A stretch of DNA of 64,000 bases from Octopus bimaculoides (lineage: Eukaryota): NCBI RefSeq assembly GCF_001194135.2, contig NC_068983.1, forward strand, positions 136,023,809 through 136,087,808, given 5' to 3'. Positions 39,035 through 51,630 of the stretch are shown here, in pieces. The notes under the pieces were generated by a model. The model ran no database searches and had not been told where the DNA came from. It saw only the letters and a program-made list of their open reading frames with translations. Positions within the stretch are counted from its first letter, which is position 1. Each line of letters opens with the position of its first letter. The position numbers were made by a program, and so were the translations under genes.

Positions 39035-39645
39035 GAATGCTGAGCTAGATCTTGGAAACAGCAAGAAAATGGAAGGTGTGAAAATGTTTTGTTACCTAGG
39101 AGATATGTTGAAAAGAGAAGGTGGATTGGACTAAGTAGTGGTGGACAGAGTGAGATGCAAATTTAAGATGGTTCAGGAACTGATGAGGAAGAGAATGTTG
39201 CTGAAACTAAAGATAAAGGTGTATATGTATGTGTGAACGGTGCTACAATTTATAGGAGTGAGACATAAATAATGAAAATAAAGCAGCAAAGAAGGCTGGA
39301 AAGAACAGAAACGACAATGGTTTAGTGGATAAGAGAAGTATTGTTGAGAGATAGGAAAACAAACAATGATAGAAATAAAGTCAATGAAGGATGTTGTGAT
39401 GAGAAATGGGATAAGGTGGCTGTGTCATGTGCTAAAGATGAATGTGACTGAAAAGAGTGATGAAAAGGAATGTGACTGAAGTAAAGGAAGGGGAAGACCA
39501 AGAAAAGCATGGCTAAAGATGATAGAAAAGGAAATGAGAAAAAAAGGATGGTGAGTGAGGATGGAAAGGATAGAACAAAATGGAGGAAACTGTGATGAGG
39601 CCTTCTACTGCTAACCTGTGCTTTAGCAGATAAAATGACATTAAA
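39035..39645 (+). mobile_element. Old RTE RT C-terminal fragment
   Basis: FCYLGDML, KLKIKVY, YRSET and RRLERTETTMV*W motifs, followed by a decayed RTE-type tail. Confidence 0.75.
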
Positions 39646-40628
39646 ATTCTGATTGCTGCTTATTGGGGCAGCAACTGGTCATACAATTCTAGTATTTTTC
39701 TTTATCTTGGTGAGTATTGCAATACTGGTTAGATGTTAGAAGTCATGAAGCTGAAAAGGAAAACGCTAAATGATGGGAGAGGGGCTAGAAAATGTATGTT
39801 TTTCTCAATGCTTGTATGGGTTAGACAAGCATTTATAACAGGTATTTTACAGATGAATGCTCTTCCTGTCCCTAAACTTTGTCTTATTTTCAAATAGTTT
39901 ATTCCACTTCATATTTGAAATTGCAGGGCTGCATGACAATTTGTCAACAGAGAAATAACAATTTAATGTCACAGTTTGTGTTCAAATAGTTTCATGTGAA
40001 GATGCTGGATGGAGATATTCACATGCACACACACACACACACACACAAGATGGGCTTCCATATAGTTTCTGTCTATTGCTTCTACTTACAAGGTATTGGT
40101 CAACCTGAGACTACAGCAGAAGATACTTGCTCAAGGTGCTATGCAGTGAGACAGAACTGAAAACCATATGGTAACAAAGAAAACTGTATATCCACATAGT
40201 CACACCTGCATGTATCTATAGAAATACATATCTACACATGCACACACACACACTCACATGCACGCATGCACACACATGCAAGCATGCACACACATGCATG
40301 TGCATGCACATACATGCACGCATGTGCATGCACATACATGCACGCATGTGCACACACACACTCAAAGAAGGGGAAAGAGATAGTTAACTAGTGTCTCACG
40401 TTACAAATATCAGACCAAGTTTCAAAACATTAAATTAATAAGTGTGCAAGGTGTGTGTGTGTGAGTGCCTGTGAGAGTATATCCTTCTCACCATCTGTAT
40501 TTTTCTATTGCTTTGTTTGCGCACATGTGTTTGGGAATCACCAATGAACATGATAGCATAGCACTTGCTGTGGGTACAGTTAGAGACACAGTTCAGATAA
40601 ACATTCATATACATACATATGCATATAT

Positions 40629-40667
<39 letters not shown>

Positions 40668-41145
40668 NNNNNNNNNNNNNNNNNNNNNNNNNNNNNNNNN
40701 NNNNNNNNNNNNNNNNNNNNNNNNNNNNNNNNNNNNNNNNNNNNNNNNNNNNNNNNNNNNNNNNNNNNNNNNNNNNNNNNNNNNNNNNNNNNNNNNNNNN
40801 NNNNNNNNNNNNNNNNNNNNNNNNNNNNNNNNNNNNNNNNNNNNNNNNNNNNNNNNNNNNNNNNNNNNNNNNNNNNNNNNNNNNNNNNNNNNNNNNNNNN
40901 NNNNNNNNNNNNNNNNNNNNNNNNNNNNNNNNNNNNNNNNNNNNNNNNNNNNNNNNNNNNNNNNNNNNNNNNNNNNNNNNNNNNNNNNNNNNNNNNNNNN
41001 NNNNNNNNNNNNNNNNNNNNNNNNNNNNNNNNNNNNNNNNNNNNNNNNNNNNNNNNNNNNNNNNNNNNNNNNNNNNNNNNNNNNNNNNNNNNNNNNNNNN
41101 NNNNNNNNNNNNNNNNNNNNNNNNNNNNNNNNNNNNNNNNNNNNN
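40668..41145. other. Assembly gap (others at 20912-20928, 45551-46032 and 48607-49070)
   Basis: N runs, mostly flanked by microsatellites or a G tract. Confidence 0.99.
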
Positions 41146-41193
<48 letters not shown>

Positions 41194-41569
41194 GGTTCCT
41201 TTCAGTTTCTGGCTACCAAATCCACTCACAAGGCTTTGGTCAACCTGGGACTATAATAGAAAACATATGACCAAGTATTACGCAGTAGGACTGAATCCAA
41301 AACCATGTGGCTGAGCCATGTTAGTAACTGCAAGTGTGCATGTACACCCACACATGCATGCACACTTATACATGTGTGTGCATTTGTGCATGCACATGTG
41401 CATGTGTGTCTCAATAATTGGGTTGCAGATCAGTGTTAGGATTATACAGAATTCATTTTAAGCAATAAAAATTGGCCTTGAACCTAAGCTGAAAAAAAAA
41501 ATCAATATTAAACAGCACACTGGCACAATTATAGCTTAAGTGAAAGAAACAACCACTTATACCATATCT

Positions 41570-42075
41570 TCTCTAATCTTGGATGACATGCAATGAAATT
41601 TCCGAAGTTGCTATAAATGTTAAGCTTTACAATCTCTGATGATCTTTCCTGGTGGCTCATTCATCCATAACTATAACAGAGTTAAAACTGCATCTCAAAG
41701 ACTAACCATCCTCTTTAAGAACAGAAAATACTTCCAGTCTGATCTATTGCTGACTGTGTAGAAAACTCGTGAAAGACCCATAATGACATAAATACTGCTT
41801 TCACATCAGGAATGGTGCTGGTGTTACACACAGACATCTCAAGCTACATACAAAAGAAGACTGTATGACTAATTAGCAAAAACTGACTAAGACAACTATA
41901 ATGGCTTATGCTCTTCTGAACCCCACTTGTATACCACCTCCACCCAAGCTCATCTGACATGCCTGTCTTTACCGTTATCACCCCCAATGTATCTCACAGT
42001 CCAGACCTTGCACTAACTCCCTCTTCCAATCCTCTCTCACCAGAAATCAACGTTTGGAATTCACCCCCCTTATTC
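41570..42075 (+). mobile_element. CR1/L2-group LINE RT C-terminal remnant
   Basis: TISDDLSW, KTASQRLTILFKNRKYF, RPIM and WNSPP motifs with several frameshifts. Confidence 0.6.
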
Positions 42076-42459
42076 ATTTATTTTATATCATAATTGGTGA
42101 AACATTACCATTGTTGGTTATGGTTTTACAATAGGTCAATTACTAGTTCAATGCATTTCTAATGGGAAGAAGGAGAAGGGAGATTTTGTAACTTAATGCA
42201 AAAAAATATTGTTCTCCATTATATTTCCTGCCAATGTTTGACTGAACATCAACATCACTGATCTCACCAGTCTTTGAGGGATTGTAAAGACAATGGGGAC
42301 CATTCACATTTAAGTAAGCAGAAAAAAAAAAGGAAAAGAAGTCATTACTTTCTGGTGAACTGTAGCTCTCATTCATTTAATCATACACACACAGACATAC
42401 ATAAAGATATAGACAGACATACAAAAGTAATTAGAGTTGTATAATATTCTGGAGGGTAT

Positions 42460-42676
42460 AAGGTGACGAGCTGGCAGAAACATTAGCACATTGGGTGAAA
42501 TACTTAGCAGTATTTCATCTGTCTTTACGTTCTGAGGTCAAATTCTGCCGAGGTCAACTTTGCCTTTCATCCCTTTAAGGTTGATAAATTAAGTACCAGT
42601 TGTGTACTGGGGTCGATCTAATTGACTGGCCCCCTCCCCAAAAATTTTGGGCCTTGTGCCTAAAGTAGAAAAGAAT
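42460..42676 (+). mobile_element. tRNA-like SINE family A, near full-length copy
   Basis: Head ggtgacgagctggcagaa, B-box-like ggtcaaattc, conserved body gtcaactttgcctttcatcc...gataaattaagtaccag, tail ccttgtgcctaaagtagaaaag. About 15 related copies occur in the window. Confidence 0.88.
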
Positions 42677-42710
42677 ATTCTGAATAGTATGTATATATGT
42701 ATGTGTGTGT

Positions 42711-42765
<55 letters not shown>

Positions 42766-43106
42766 CACACATGATTAGGGATAGTAACTTGGAAGAAATG
42801 GTAACTGAGTTGGATTAAATGTTTCATAGAATTTGGTTTCATCTCTAAAAATTCTGAGTTGAATTCTAGAGATGACTTTTAAAAAAAAACTTATATAAAT
42901 AAGTACAAGTCATCTGCTGGGATCAAAGCAATAAGTTACAACTTCACACAAACTTATTTAATAGAATTAGAAGAAATTCATACATTTAATCTTTTATGGG
43001 TTAGACCCCTGTAGATATGCAAGCAGGTAGCCTCAATGAATAGTGTAGGTATGTAATAGTGTTAAAAAAATATGAAAGCTCCTCAAATCACGCTCTTCCA
43101 TCTTAA

Positions 43107-43320
43107 CCCTTTAGCATTTAAACTGGCCGTATTTGGCCCATTTATTCTACAAGTTTTATGTTCAAACTGACCATATCTAGCCTCTCACACCTAACCTACA
43201 CTTCCGTTCTAAAAATAAACAATCATAACCTCAAAGCTATAAGATAATGCATGATTAATTCAAAACAATCTGGATAAAAAAACACATTGTATTTAACAAA
43301 GTAATCTGAATGCTAAAGGG
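43107..43320. mobile_element. piggyBac-type MITE (TTAA target duplication)
   Basis: TTAA|CCCTTTAGCATT ... AATGCTAAAGGG|TTAA, a perfect 12-bp TIR. Confidence 0.88.
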
Positions 43321-43749
43321 TTAAATTAACGGCAGATAATGTAGTCCTATATACTGCCAAAATTTGGAGTGGTCATAGCTGGAATGCCTTTGACCATATG
43401 TTTGCAGAAGGTCAGCATTGATCTGCAGTTAAACAATAACAGCAAAAAAGGTCAAATAAATAACAGAATTGAAAAAGGGAAAAAGTAAAAGTAAAATCTT
43501 ACATGACAATAAAGCTTGATAGAGGGCAGTGTGGGAATCCTTTTGCATTAAAGTAGAGATAAGAGCAGTAGTAGAAATAGTGATAGTAATAATAGTAGTG
43601 GCAGTAGTTGCTGTAACTGTCGCATTAGCAAACATTTTCAGTTGTGAGAATTTACAGTATCATCAATGGCAATAATAGTAAAAAGAAAAGCGACAATAAT
43701 AGTACTGAAAGTAATGATAGTAGTTGTGGCAGTAATTAATAAAACTGAC

Positions 43750-43957
43750 CTGGTTATATTTGTATTGAGCCTTACATAAGAGTTGGATGATATCTACTGG
43801 TCCAGAAAACACTGTAGTAGTATTAGTAGTATTAAGTACATTATCATTCTTAATACCTGCCAAACATTCTTCCATTGTGTCACTCTCTGATGCTCTCCTT
43901 GATCGAATAAAACATTGGCTTTTTGTTTGGTGATTGGCAATGGTTACCTGCACAAGG
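43750..43957 (-). CDS. DCP1: DCP1 exon: linker and first helical motif (phase 2 to 0)
   Basis: Acceptor tattttacttttcag, donor CAG|gtcagt. Open frame LVQVTIANH...RRASESD...PVDIIQLLCKAQYKYNQ; the last part resembles recalled DCP1A PIDILEMLSRAKDEYERNQ. Confidence 0.88.
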
Positions 43958-43984
43958 CTGAAAAGTAAAATAATAATAATGATA

Positions 43985-44170
43985 GTCCTATCTACTATAG
44001 GCGCACAGCCTGAAATTTTGGAGGAGTGGACTAGTCAATTACATCAACCCCAAAAGGATGAAAGGCAAAGTTGAACTTGATGGAATTTGGACCCAAGATG
44101 TGAAAACAGACGAAATACCATTAAGCATTTTGCCTGTTATGCTAACGATTCTGCCAACTTGCTGCCTTAG
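43985..44170 (-). mobile_element. SINE family A copy
   Basis: Reverse-complement match to 42460-42676. Confidence 0.8.
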
Positions 44171-44174
44171 CGAG

Positions 44175-45062
44175 ATCTCTAACTGTGGAGGGAACCTGTG
44201 ATAGAGGTAAACCCAGGAAGACATGGGACAAGCATGATCTTTGAACTTTGAGCCTCACGGAGACAATGACTGGTGCCTCACGGAGACAATGACTGGAGCC
44301 TCACGGAGACAATGACTAGCCCATTTATTAGGCAATAAACCTTGCTTGTGAAGACCTGTTGAGACAAGTGAAATCAAAATCAAAATTGCTGACATGGCCC
44401 CCAACAGTACCGCCTGATTGGCACTTGTGCCAGTGGAATATTAAATGTACATCTGAATGTGGGGTGTAACCAGCCCACTTATGATTACCCCTCATTCATT
44501 GGACAATGAACTTTGCTTGCGAAGACCTGTTGATGTAAGTGTAAACAAATCAAAATCGCTGACGTGGCTGATGACAGTACCATCTGTTCGGCACTTGTGC
44601 TAGTGGAACGTTAAAAGAAGCATATCCGAGCATGATTGTTGCCAGGGCCACAGATTGGCTCCTGTGCTGGTGACATGTGAAAAGCACCATTCGAGCATGA
44701 TCGTTGCCAGCGTTGCCTTACTGGCACATGTGCCAGTGGCACGTAAGAAACAACATTTGAGTGTGGTCATTGCAAGTGCCACCGGACTGGCTCCCATGCA
44801 GGTAGCATGTAAAAACCCCTTTTGAGCATGGTTGTTGCCAGAACTGCCTGACTGGCCCTCATGCCAGTGGCACGTAAGAAGCACCCACTACACTCTTGGA
44901 GTGGTTGGCATTAGCAAGGACATCCAGCTGTAAAAACTTTGCCAGATCAGATTGAGCCTGGTGCAGCCTCTGGCTCACCAGTCCTCAGTGAAACCGTCCA
45001 ACCCATGCCAGCATGGAAAGCGGATGTTAAACAATGATGATGATGATGATGATGATGATGAA
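44175..45062 (+). mobile_element. RTE LINE 3' end with tandem-repeat 3' UTR and (GAT)n tail
   Basis: The ORF2 end (ctaactgtggagggaacctgtgatagaggt) matches 21360-21430; the terminal ~190 bp matches the family tail ...ccatgccagcatggaaagcggatgttaaacaatgatgatg. Confidence 0.88.
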
Positions 45063-45280
45063 TATTGACTTCAAATTTTTCCACAAGGGCAGACACTTTG
45101 AGGGAGGGGACTAGTCAATTACATTGACTTCAGTGTTTCACTGGTACTAAATTTATCAACCTCTGAAAGGATGAAAGGCAAAGTCGATTTTGGAGGAATT
45201 TAAACTCAGAATGTAGTGACAGGTGAAATACTGCTAAGCGTTTTGTCCAGCATGCTAATGATTCTGCCAGCTTGCCACCT
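45063..45280 (-). mobile_element. SINE family A copy inserted at the RTE (GAT)n tail
   Basis: Reverse-complement match to 42460-42676. Confidence 0.8.
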
Positions 45281-45288
45281 TATTATTA

Positions 45289-45334
<46 letters not shown>

Positions 45335-46302
45335 CATTTTATGTTTGACTTTTGTTTTGCATTTGTACAAGTTGGATCCAAGTCTCACCCAGAGACCTCA
45401 AGAGACAACAAGTTAGAAGTTCATGTAGGTGTTATGCCTAGGGTACCATATATTTGGATTTGTACAGTTTTGTTCAAGTGAATGTTTAAGAAACCATAAG
45501 AAAATTATGTGTTTGCTTTAAAATTTGAGATCACATAGACAGTATTTTACNNNNNNNNNNNNNNNNNNNNNNNNNNNNNNNNNNNNNNNNNNNNNNNNNN
45601 NNNNNNNNNNNNNNNNNNNNNNNNNNNNNNNNNNNNNNNNNNNNNNNNNNNNNNNNNNNNNNNNNNNNNNNNNNNNNNNNNNNNNNNNNNNNNNNNNNNN
45701 NNNNNNNNNNNNNNNNNNNNNNNNNNNNNNNNNNNNNNNNNNNNNNNNNNNNNNNNNNNNNNNNNNNNNNNNNNNNNNNNNNNNNNNNNNNNNNNNNNNN
45801 NNNNNNNNNNNNNNNNNNNNNNNNNNNNNNNNNNNNNNNNNNNNNNNNNNNNNNNNNNNNNNNNNNNNNNNNNNNNNNNNNNNNNNNNNNNNNNNNNNNN
45901 NNNNNNNNNNNNNNNNNNNNNNNNNNNNNNNNNNNNNNNNNNNNNNNNNNNNNNNNNNNNNNNNNNNNNNNNNNNNNNNNNNNNNNNNNNNNNNNNNNNN
46001 NNNNNNNNNNNNNNNNNNNNNNNNNNNNNNNNAATGTGATCATTTTCAAGTACTGGGGGTGGTTTGTGTTCCCACCAGTTTTTATCATGGGGCAAGTCCA
46101 GGTTTTTGCATATTACCCAGTGAATATATTATGCAGCTCTATCATGCCTGTTGAGATACTCTGTAGGCGCAAGCAGACTGCACATGGAGACAACATGATC
46201 GATGGTCTCATTTTGTTGTTGGCATATACGACATAATGGGGAGCTGCAGTTTTTTAATATGTTGGCCTGGTAGTTCTTTGTAGGTAGGCATTGATCTTGG
46301 GC

Positions 46303-46339
<37 letters not shown>

Positions 46340-46379
46340 AATGATGATGATGATCATCATAATAATAATTTAAATTGAT

Positions 46380-47200
46380 TATGATTTGGGAAAAGGAAAT
46401 GGTCAGATAAATCATCTCCTTTTCATGGATGATATAAAGGTTTATGTGAAAAATGAGAAACAGCTTCAGTCTTGTACATACTATCCACATTTTCTCAAAT
46501 GATGCAAGTATGGAATTTGGGATAGAAAAGTGTGCTATATTGAAAATGAAACGAGGAAGATTTGAAAGAAACCAGGGAATTGTAATGCCAAATGGGCAAA
46601 CAATGAGAGCAGTTGAGAAAGGACAGTGATATAAGTACATGGGAATACTGGAAGCAGACGAGATAAAAAAAAATGAAGAAATGAAACAAATTACCTATAG
46701 GGCATATACAAGGAGAGTAAGAAAATTATTACAGTCAAAGCTGAATTCCAAAAATCTTACTTAAGCAATAAATTCAAGAGCAGTACCCTTAATCAGATAT
46801 GGAGTTGGAATTAAAGACTGGATCAGAAACGATATAAAGAAACTTGATAGAAAAACTAGGAAGTTGTTGACAATGTATAGAGCCCACCATGCAAAAGCTG
46901 ATATCAACTGGCTGTAATTGAGGAGAGACCAGGGTGGAAGAAGCTTAATAGCAGTAGAAGAATGTGTACAGATGGTAAGAAAAAGTCTAGCAGAGAATTT
47001 ACAGAGCAGTACAAAAAAACTACTAAATAAAGAACAGGTGGTCAAGCACGTAATAGGAGAAAAGGACAAGAATGAAGTACAAAGAAAGTACATCAGTTAG
47101 ATCAAAGAGAAGCCTCTGCATGGCCAATTTTGAAGAGCCACTGAAGATGTGTGTGGAACAAAATCATGGGGTTAGTTAAAAGGGGGGTAATTAAAAAAAG
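46380..47200 (+). mobile_element. Dong/R4-type RT fragment
   Basis: INHLLFMDDIKVY, MEFGIEKCA, YKYMGILEAD, AINSRAVPLIRYG and GGRSLIAVEEC motifs with stops; starts after an (ATT)n/(AAT)n tract. Confidence 0.85.
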
Positions 47201-49714
47201 GAACGGAGAGCCTAATAGTAGCAGACTAAGATCAAGTGATAAAAACAAACAACTTGAGAAAAAATATATATATGGAGAGAATGTATCAACCAGCACTAAC
47301 ACCATGCCCCGCCCCCTACAGTTTTATCAACAAATACTATGAATGAAACAGACAGCTCAGTGGAATATCAACTTGCTGCACCCATTTCATCTTCTAATCC
47401 TTCTTATCTACATATTTCCTTTAATCTTCCTAGATTACATCCCTCTATACATTTTCCGACCTTCCATTCAATAACCAAATAACTATCAATACTGCAAATT
47501 GAATATTATTCGTACAAATTTTACTCCTTTAATTCTATACATCAATCACATGAGTTCTATTATTTGTTGGTAGTGTCAGAGCACTGCTGAAAACTCACAC
47601 AGCTATACCCAAAGAAGTTAAGATCAACACAGCAAGCTAATAAAACAGTAAGCTATTTGACAGTGTTCCCCCTGTGGTGAGCAGCCTGAAATACTGTGTG
47701 GTTAACAGTTAAGATCTACTGAGATTTGAATGGTCTTTGCCACAGACACCAACAATGAGCTAGTTTATAGGATACAGAATACTGTAGATACATCCAAATG
47801 TGTCTCACATATACAATTGTTTAGATAAATCTAAAAGCGCTATGGGCACTTCTTATCAGACTAACAATTATGACCAAACAGATAACAAAAAAAGGAACCC
47901 CTTCCTAGACAAAAATAATAATTAAAAAAAAAAAACTAGAAGAAAAAAGAAAAAATAATAAAGGAAAAGTCATTCAAAATATAGAGAAAAGTAAAAAGTT
48001 TACAAGTGAACAGTCAGCCATGAAACTGCATTTAATTTATTTCTGTATTGAGTAACTAGAAAAAAAATATTCCTTTAGAAGTGTTGGAGAGTTCTAGAAC
48101 AGAAGTTGGGTCAAGAGGGTAGAGGCTGGAATTTGTGAGGTTGTGGTTGGTGGTGCTGGTAGTGGTGTTAGATAGATAGACAGGTGATAAGACTGTAGAC
48201 AAGTGGGTAAATTTAATTATAACTCAGGATAGTTTCACATTTAGACATTATATATGTAATCACTTTCAGCCATTTATAGACAGGATTTGTTCAGACATCT
48301 TCACTGTCATTGTTTTGCCAACATTGTTACTGCCACCAGTGCCACCACAGCCACTGTCAGAAGCAGCAACAGCAGCAGCAGCACCACCACCACCACCACA
48401 ACAACAGCAACAACACCAACGATCATCACCAACATGATAAAAACAATCATTTCTATATTTCTCATCTTTTGTGTATTTCTCATATCTACATACAGTCACA
48501 TACACATGTACACTAACACACACACACAAACACATATGTATGTGTGTGTGTGTGTGTAAACATATATGCATTTGTGTGTATATATTATATATAATATACA
48601 TGCATANNNNNNNNNNNNNNNNNNNNNNNNNNNNNNNNNNNNNNNNNNNNNNNNNNNNNNNNNNNNNNNNNNNNNNNNNNNNNNNNNNNNNNNNNNNNNN
48701 NNNNNNNNNNNNNNNNNNNNNNNNNNNNNNNNNNNNNNNNNNNNNNNNNNNNNNNNNNNNNNNNNNNNNNNNNNNNNNNNNNNNNNNNNNNNNNNNNNNN
48801 NNNNNNNNNNNNNNNNNNNNNNNNNNNNNNNNNNNNNNNNNNNNNNNNNNNNNNNNNNNNNNNNNNNNNNNNNNNNNNNNNNNNNNNNNNNNNNNNNNNN
48901 NNNNNNNNNNNNNNNNNNNNNNNNNNNNNNNNNNNNNNNNNNNNNNNNNNNNNNNNNNNNNNNNNNNNNNNNNNNNNNNNNNNNNNNNNNNNNNNNNNNN
49001 NNNNNNNNNNNNNNNNNNNNNNNNNNNNNNNNNNNNNNNNNNNNNNNNNNNNNNNNNNNNNNNNNNNNNNAATACACATATATACATATATATACATGCA
49101 TACATATACACAAATACATATATATACACACACATATATACAAACATACACACACATATCTATATATATATGCACAGATATATATACATGTATACATATA
49201 TAGATATATATACACTTATATGCATACATATACTTATATACATACATTTACACACACATAAATGCACACACACACACACACACAGACTCATTCCATTCAT
49301 CTGCAGTATTATACACAGAAACATACAGACACTAAATATCAAAACCACACATTTCCTCACCTGACACTCCATATCATCTATAAACATGCACATACAGGCA
49401 CATATATACATGAATACAAACATACACGCACACACATAGACACACTCACTCTTTCATATACAGACATATGTACATTCAATCTGTTATATACAGACATATG
49501 TATCATTTTGGAGTTCAGATGCCAAGCAGATGTGAGTATTTTATGCAAAATCAGTGAAGGAAAAGAACATTTATGGGTAACTGCTATGAAACCCATAACG
49601 ATGATTAGAAATTCCCATTGAGATGAGTGTACTTTGTTGTGTAAATAATAATCTTGAAAAGTTGGAGCTTTGCAAACAAATTTTAAAAAATTATCTTTTA
49701 TATTCTCTTTCACT

Positions 49715-50090
49715 TGTTGTAGTCATTAGATTGTGGCCATGCTGGGGCACTGTCTTGGAAGGTTTAGTTAAATAAACTAACCCCTGTGTATATTATTAAG
49801 TCTGATACTTATCATTCTCTTTTGCTGAACTGCCAAGTTATGTGGACATAAACAAACCAACACCATTTATCAAATGGAGGTGGGAACAAATACAAGGACA
49901 TACACATATATACATGTATGACAGGCTTCCACACAGTTTCTTTTTGCTAAATTCATTCACAAGTTCAAAAGCAATTTTATTGGCTTGGGGCTATAGTAGA
50001 AGGCACTCATCCAAGGTACCATTCAGTGGATCTGAAACCATGTGATTGCAAACCGAGCTTCTAAATCACACAGCCATGCTTGCATCTATC
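49715..50090 (-). mobile_element. SINE family B, full two-part copy
   Basis: Colinear with 61925-62290. Head-only copies occur near 4170-4295, 10935-11020, 40045-40210, 41175-41335 and 61430-61560. Confidence 0.72.
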
Positions 50091-51084
50091 TAAAAAGGCA
50101 TTTTGAAAATTCCCTCTGTAAGTGGAAAAATGAAATAAGCAAAACCTTTTGGAGTTTTATCATGTGACTCTATACAATTGTTGATATACAAATTGCAATA
50201 ACAGTTAGTTATGAGTAAATTTATGTCTAACTAGTTTGAACAAATATATGTCTAATTACCTGGACATGCTCTCTTCAATTACCTCTGAACACACACACAA
50301 CTCATTCTTTTCTATACCCTTCCATATATACATTCTTTCTCTCCTTACTTTCTATAGCCCTTAATATATCTCTCTCATTTCATTTTTTCTGTATCCTTCT
50401 TTTATGCTATCATTTTCTTCCTATTGCACACACATTCTGCTTTTCTCTCACTCTTGTTCAGATAATGTTTCTCTCCCCTCCTCATTTGCATTTTCTCTAT
50501 CTTTTACATTTACTGCTTCTGTATGCCAAACATACAGAAGCATTATGTCTACGTTCATATACACACACAATACTTGACTTGTATTGTCACCATCACACAC
50601 ATTTGTATACACATCCACTTTATTTTTCCTTCTCTAATTCTTTCTCGTTATTTCATATATTTCATACATATTACATCTATCTCCCTCTTTCTCTATCACT
50701 TTCAGTATTTCATATATTTCCCATACACACATTCTCTTTCACATACCCAAGCAAAAGACTGTGTGATGTCCATGCCTATCTCAAGAACATTAGTAACATA
50801 AGTGCAGCTAAGAACTCAATTTACTAAGAGATGGCAACAACTTAGAGACTTACTTATCTGTAGCTATTTCATGTACATAAATGATAATTTTTGGAAGGTC
50901 ATTCAGTATTGCAGATCTCATCTCTACCCACCATGAAATCCTAAATTTCATGTTTAGGTGGGAAGGCAACAAAAAAACCCTTCTTTTGGTACCATTACAG
51001 AAAATAATTTAATGGTTCTAAAAATCATAGTGGTGACAGTGGGGATGGGGATTATAAGGACCAGTGTTTAGTTCTGGTTTCATT

Positions 51085-51575
51085 ACATTAACCCTCCTGA
51101 ACAAATGCAGAAATCATGAAAATTCATGAACTGGTTTTGGAGGACCATCGCTGAACAACTGACAAACTTGTTGATATGACCAGTGTGTCCTGGAGCTCCT
51201 GCCAATGAATTTTGAGCAAGGAATTGTGAATGAAAAGAGTTGAAGCAAAATTTGTGCCTCAGTTGCTTACTAAAAACCGAGAACTGAAAGAACAGCTGGA
51301 AGTTGATCCAGACCCTTTTTGTTCCCCTCAATGAAAAAAGTCCTTAAAGGAAAACGTTTTGCACATGCAGAAGAAGTGAAGATAAAAATGACAGAGGTGT
51401 TAAAAGGCATCACTTTGCAAGAGTTCTGGGACTGCTTCGAACAGTGGAAAATACATCTGGACTGATGTATTGCTTCGAATGGAGAATACTTTGAAGGCAA
51501 TAAAAGTGTAATCATGTAAAACTAAGTGAATAAAACAATATTGCAAAACTCTGGTTTCTTTTGAGCACCCCTTGT
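51085..51575 (+). mobile_element. Internally deleted mariner (DD34D-type) transposase remnant
   Basis: IHELVLEDHR, MKRV.AKFVPQLLT, LKGKRFAHAEEVK and CIASNGEYFEG, followed by a TIR-like end ttttgagcacccc. Confidence 0.85.
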
Positions 51576-51592
51576 GTGTGTGTGTATGTGTG

Positions 51593-51627
<35 letters not shown>

Positions 51628-51630
<3 letters not shown>

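Noticed and set aside
44330-44890. CRISPR-like look of palindromic periodic repeats
   Set aside because: Eukaryotic context, degenerate units without unique spacers, no cas genes, and embedded in a LINE 3' UTR.
48287-48559. PolyQ/polyH/polyT-like ORFs
   Set aside because: Mixed CAG/CAC/CAA trinucleotide tract in a DCP1 intron, without splice or homology support.
40435-49364. Long ORFs of 180-297 aa in the track
   Set aside because: They are artefacts of N gaps and flanking microsatellites.
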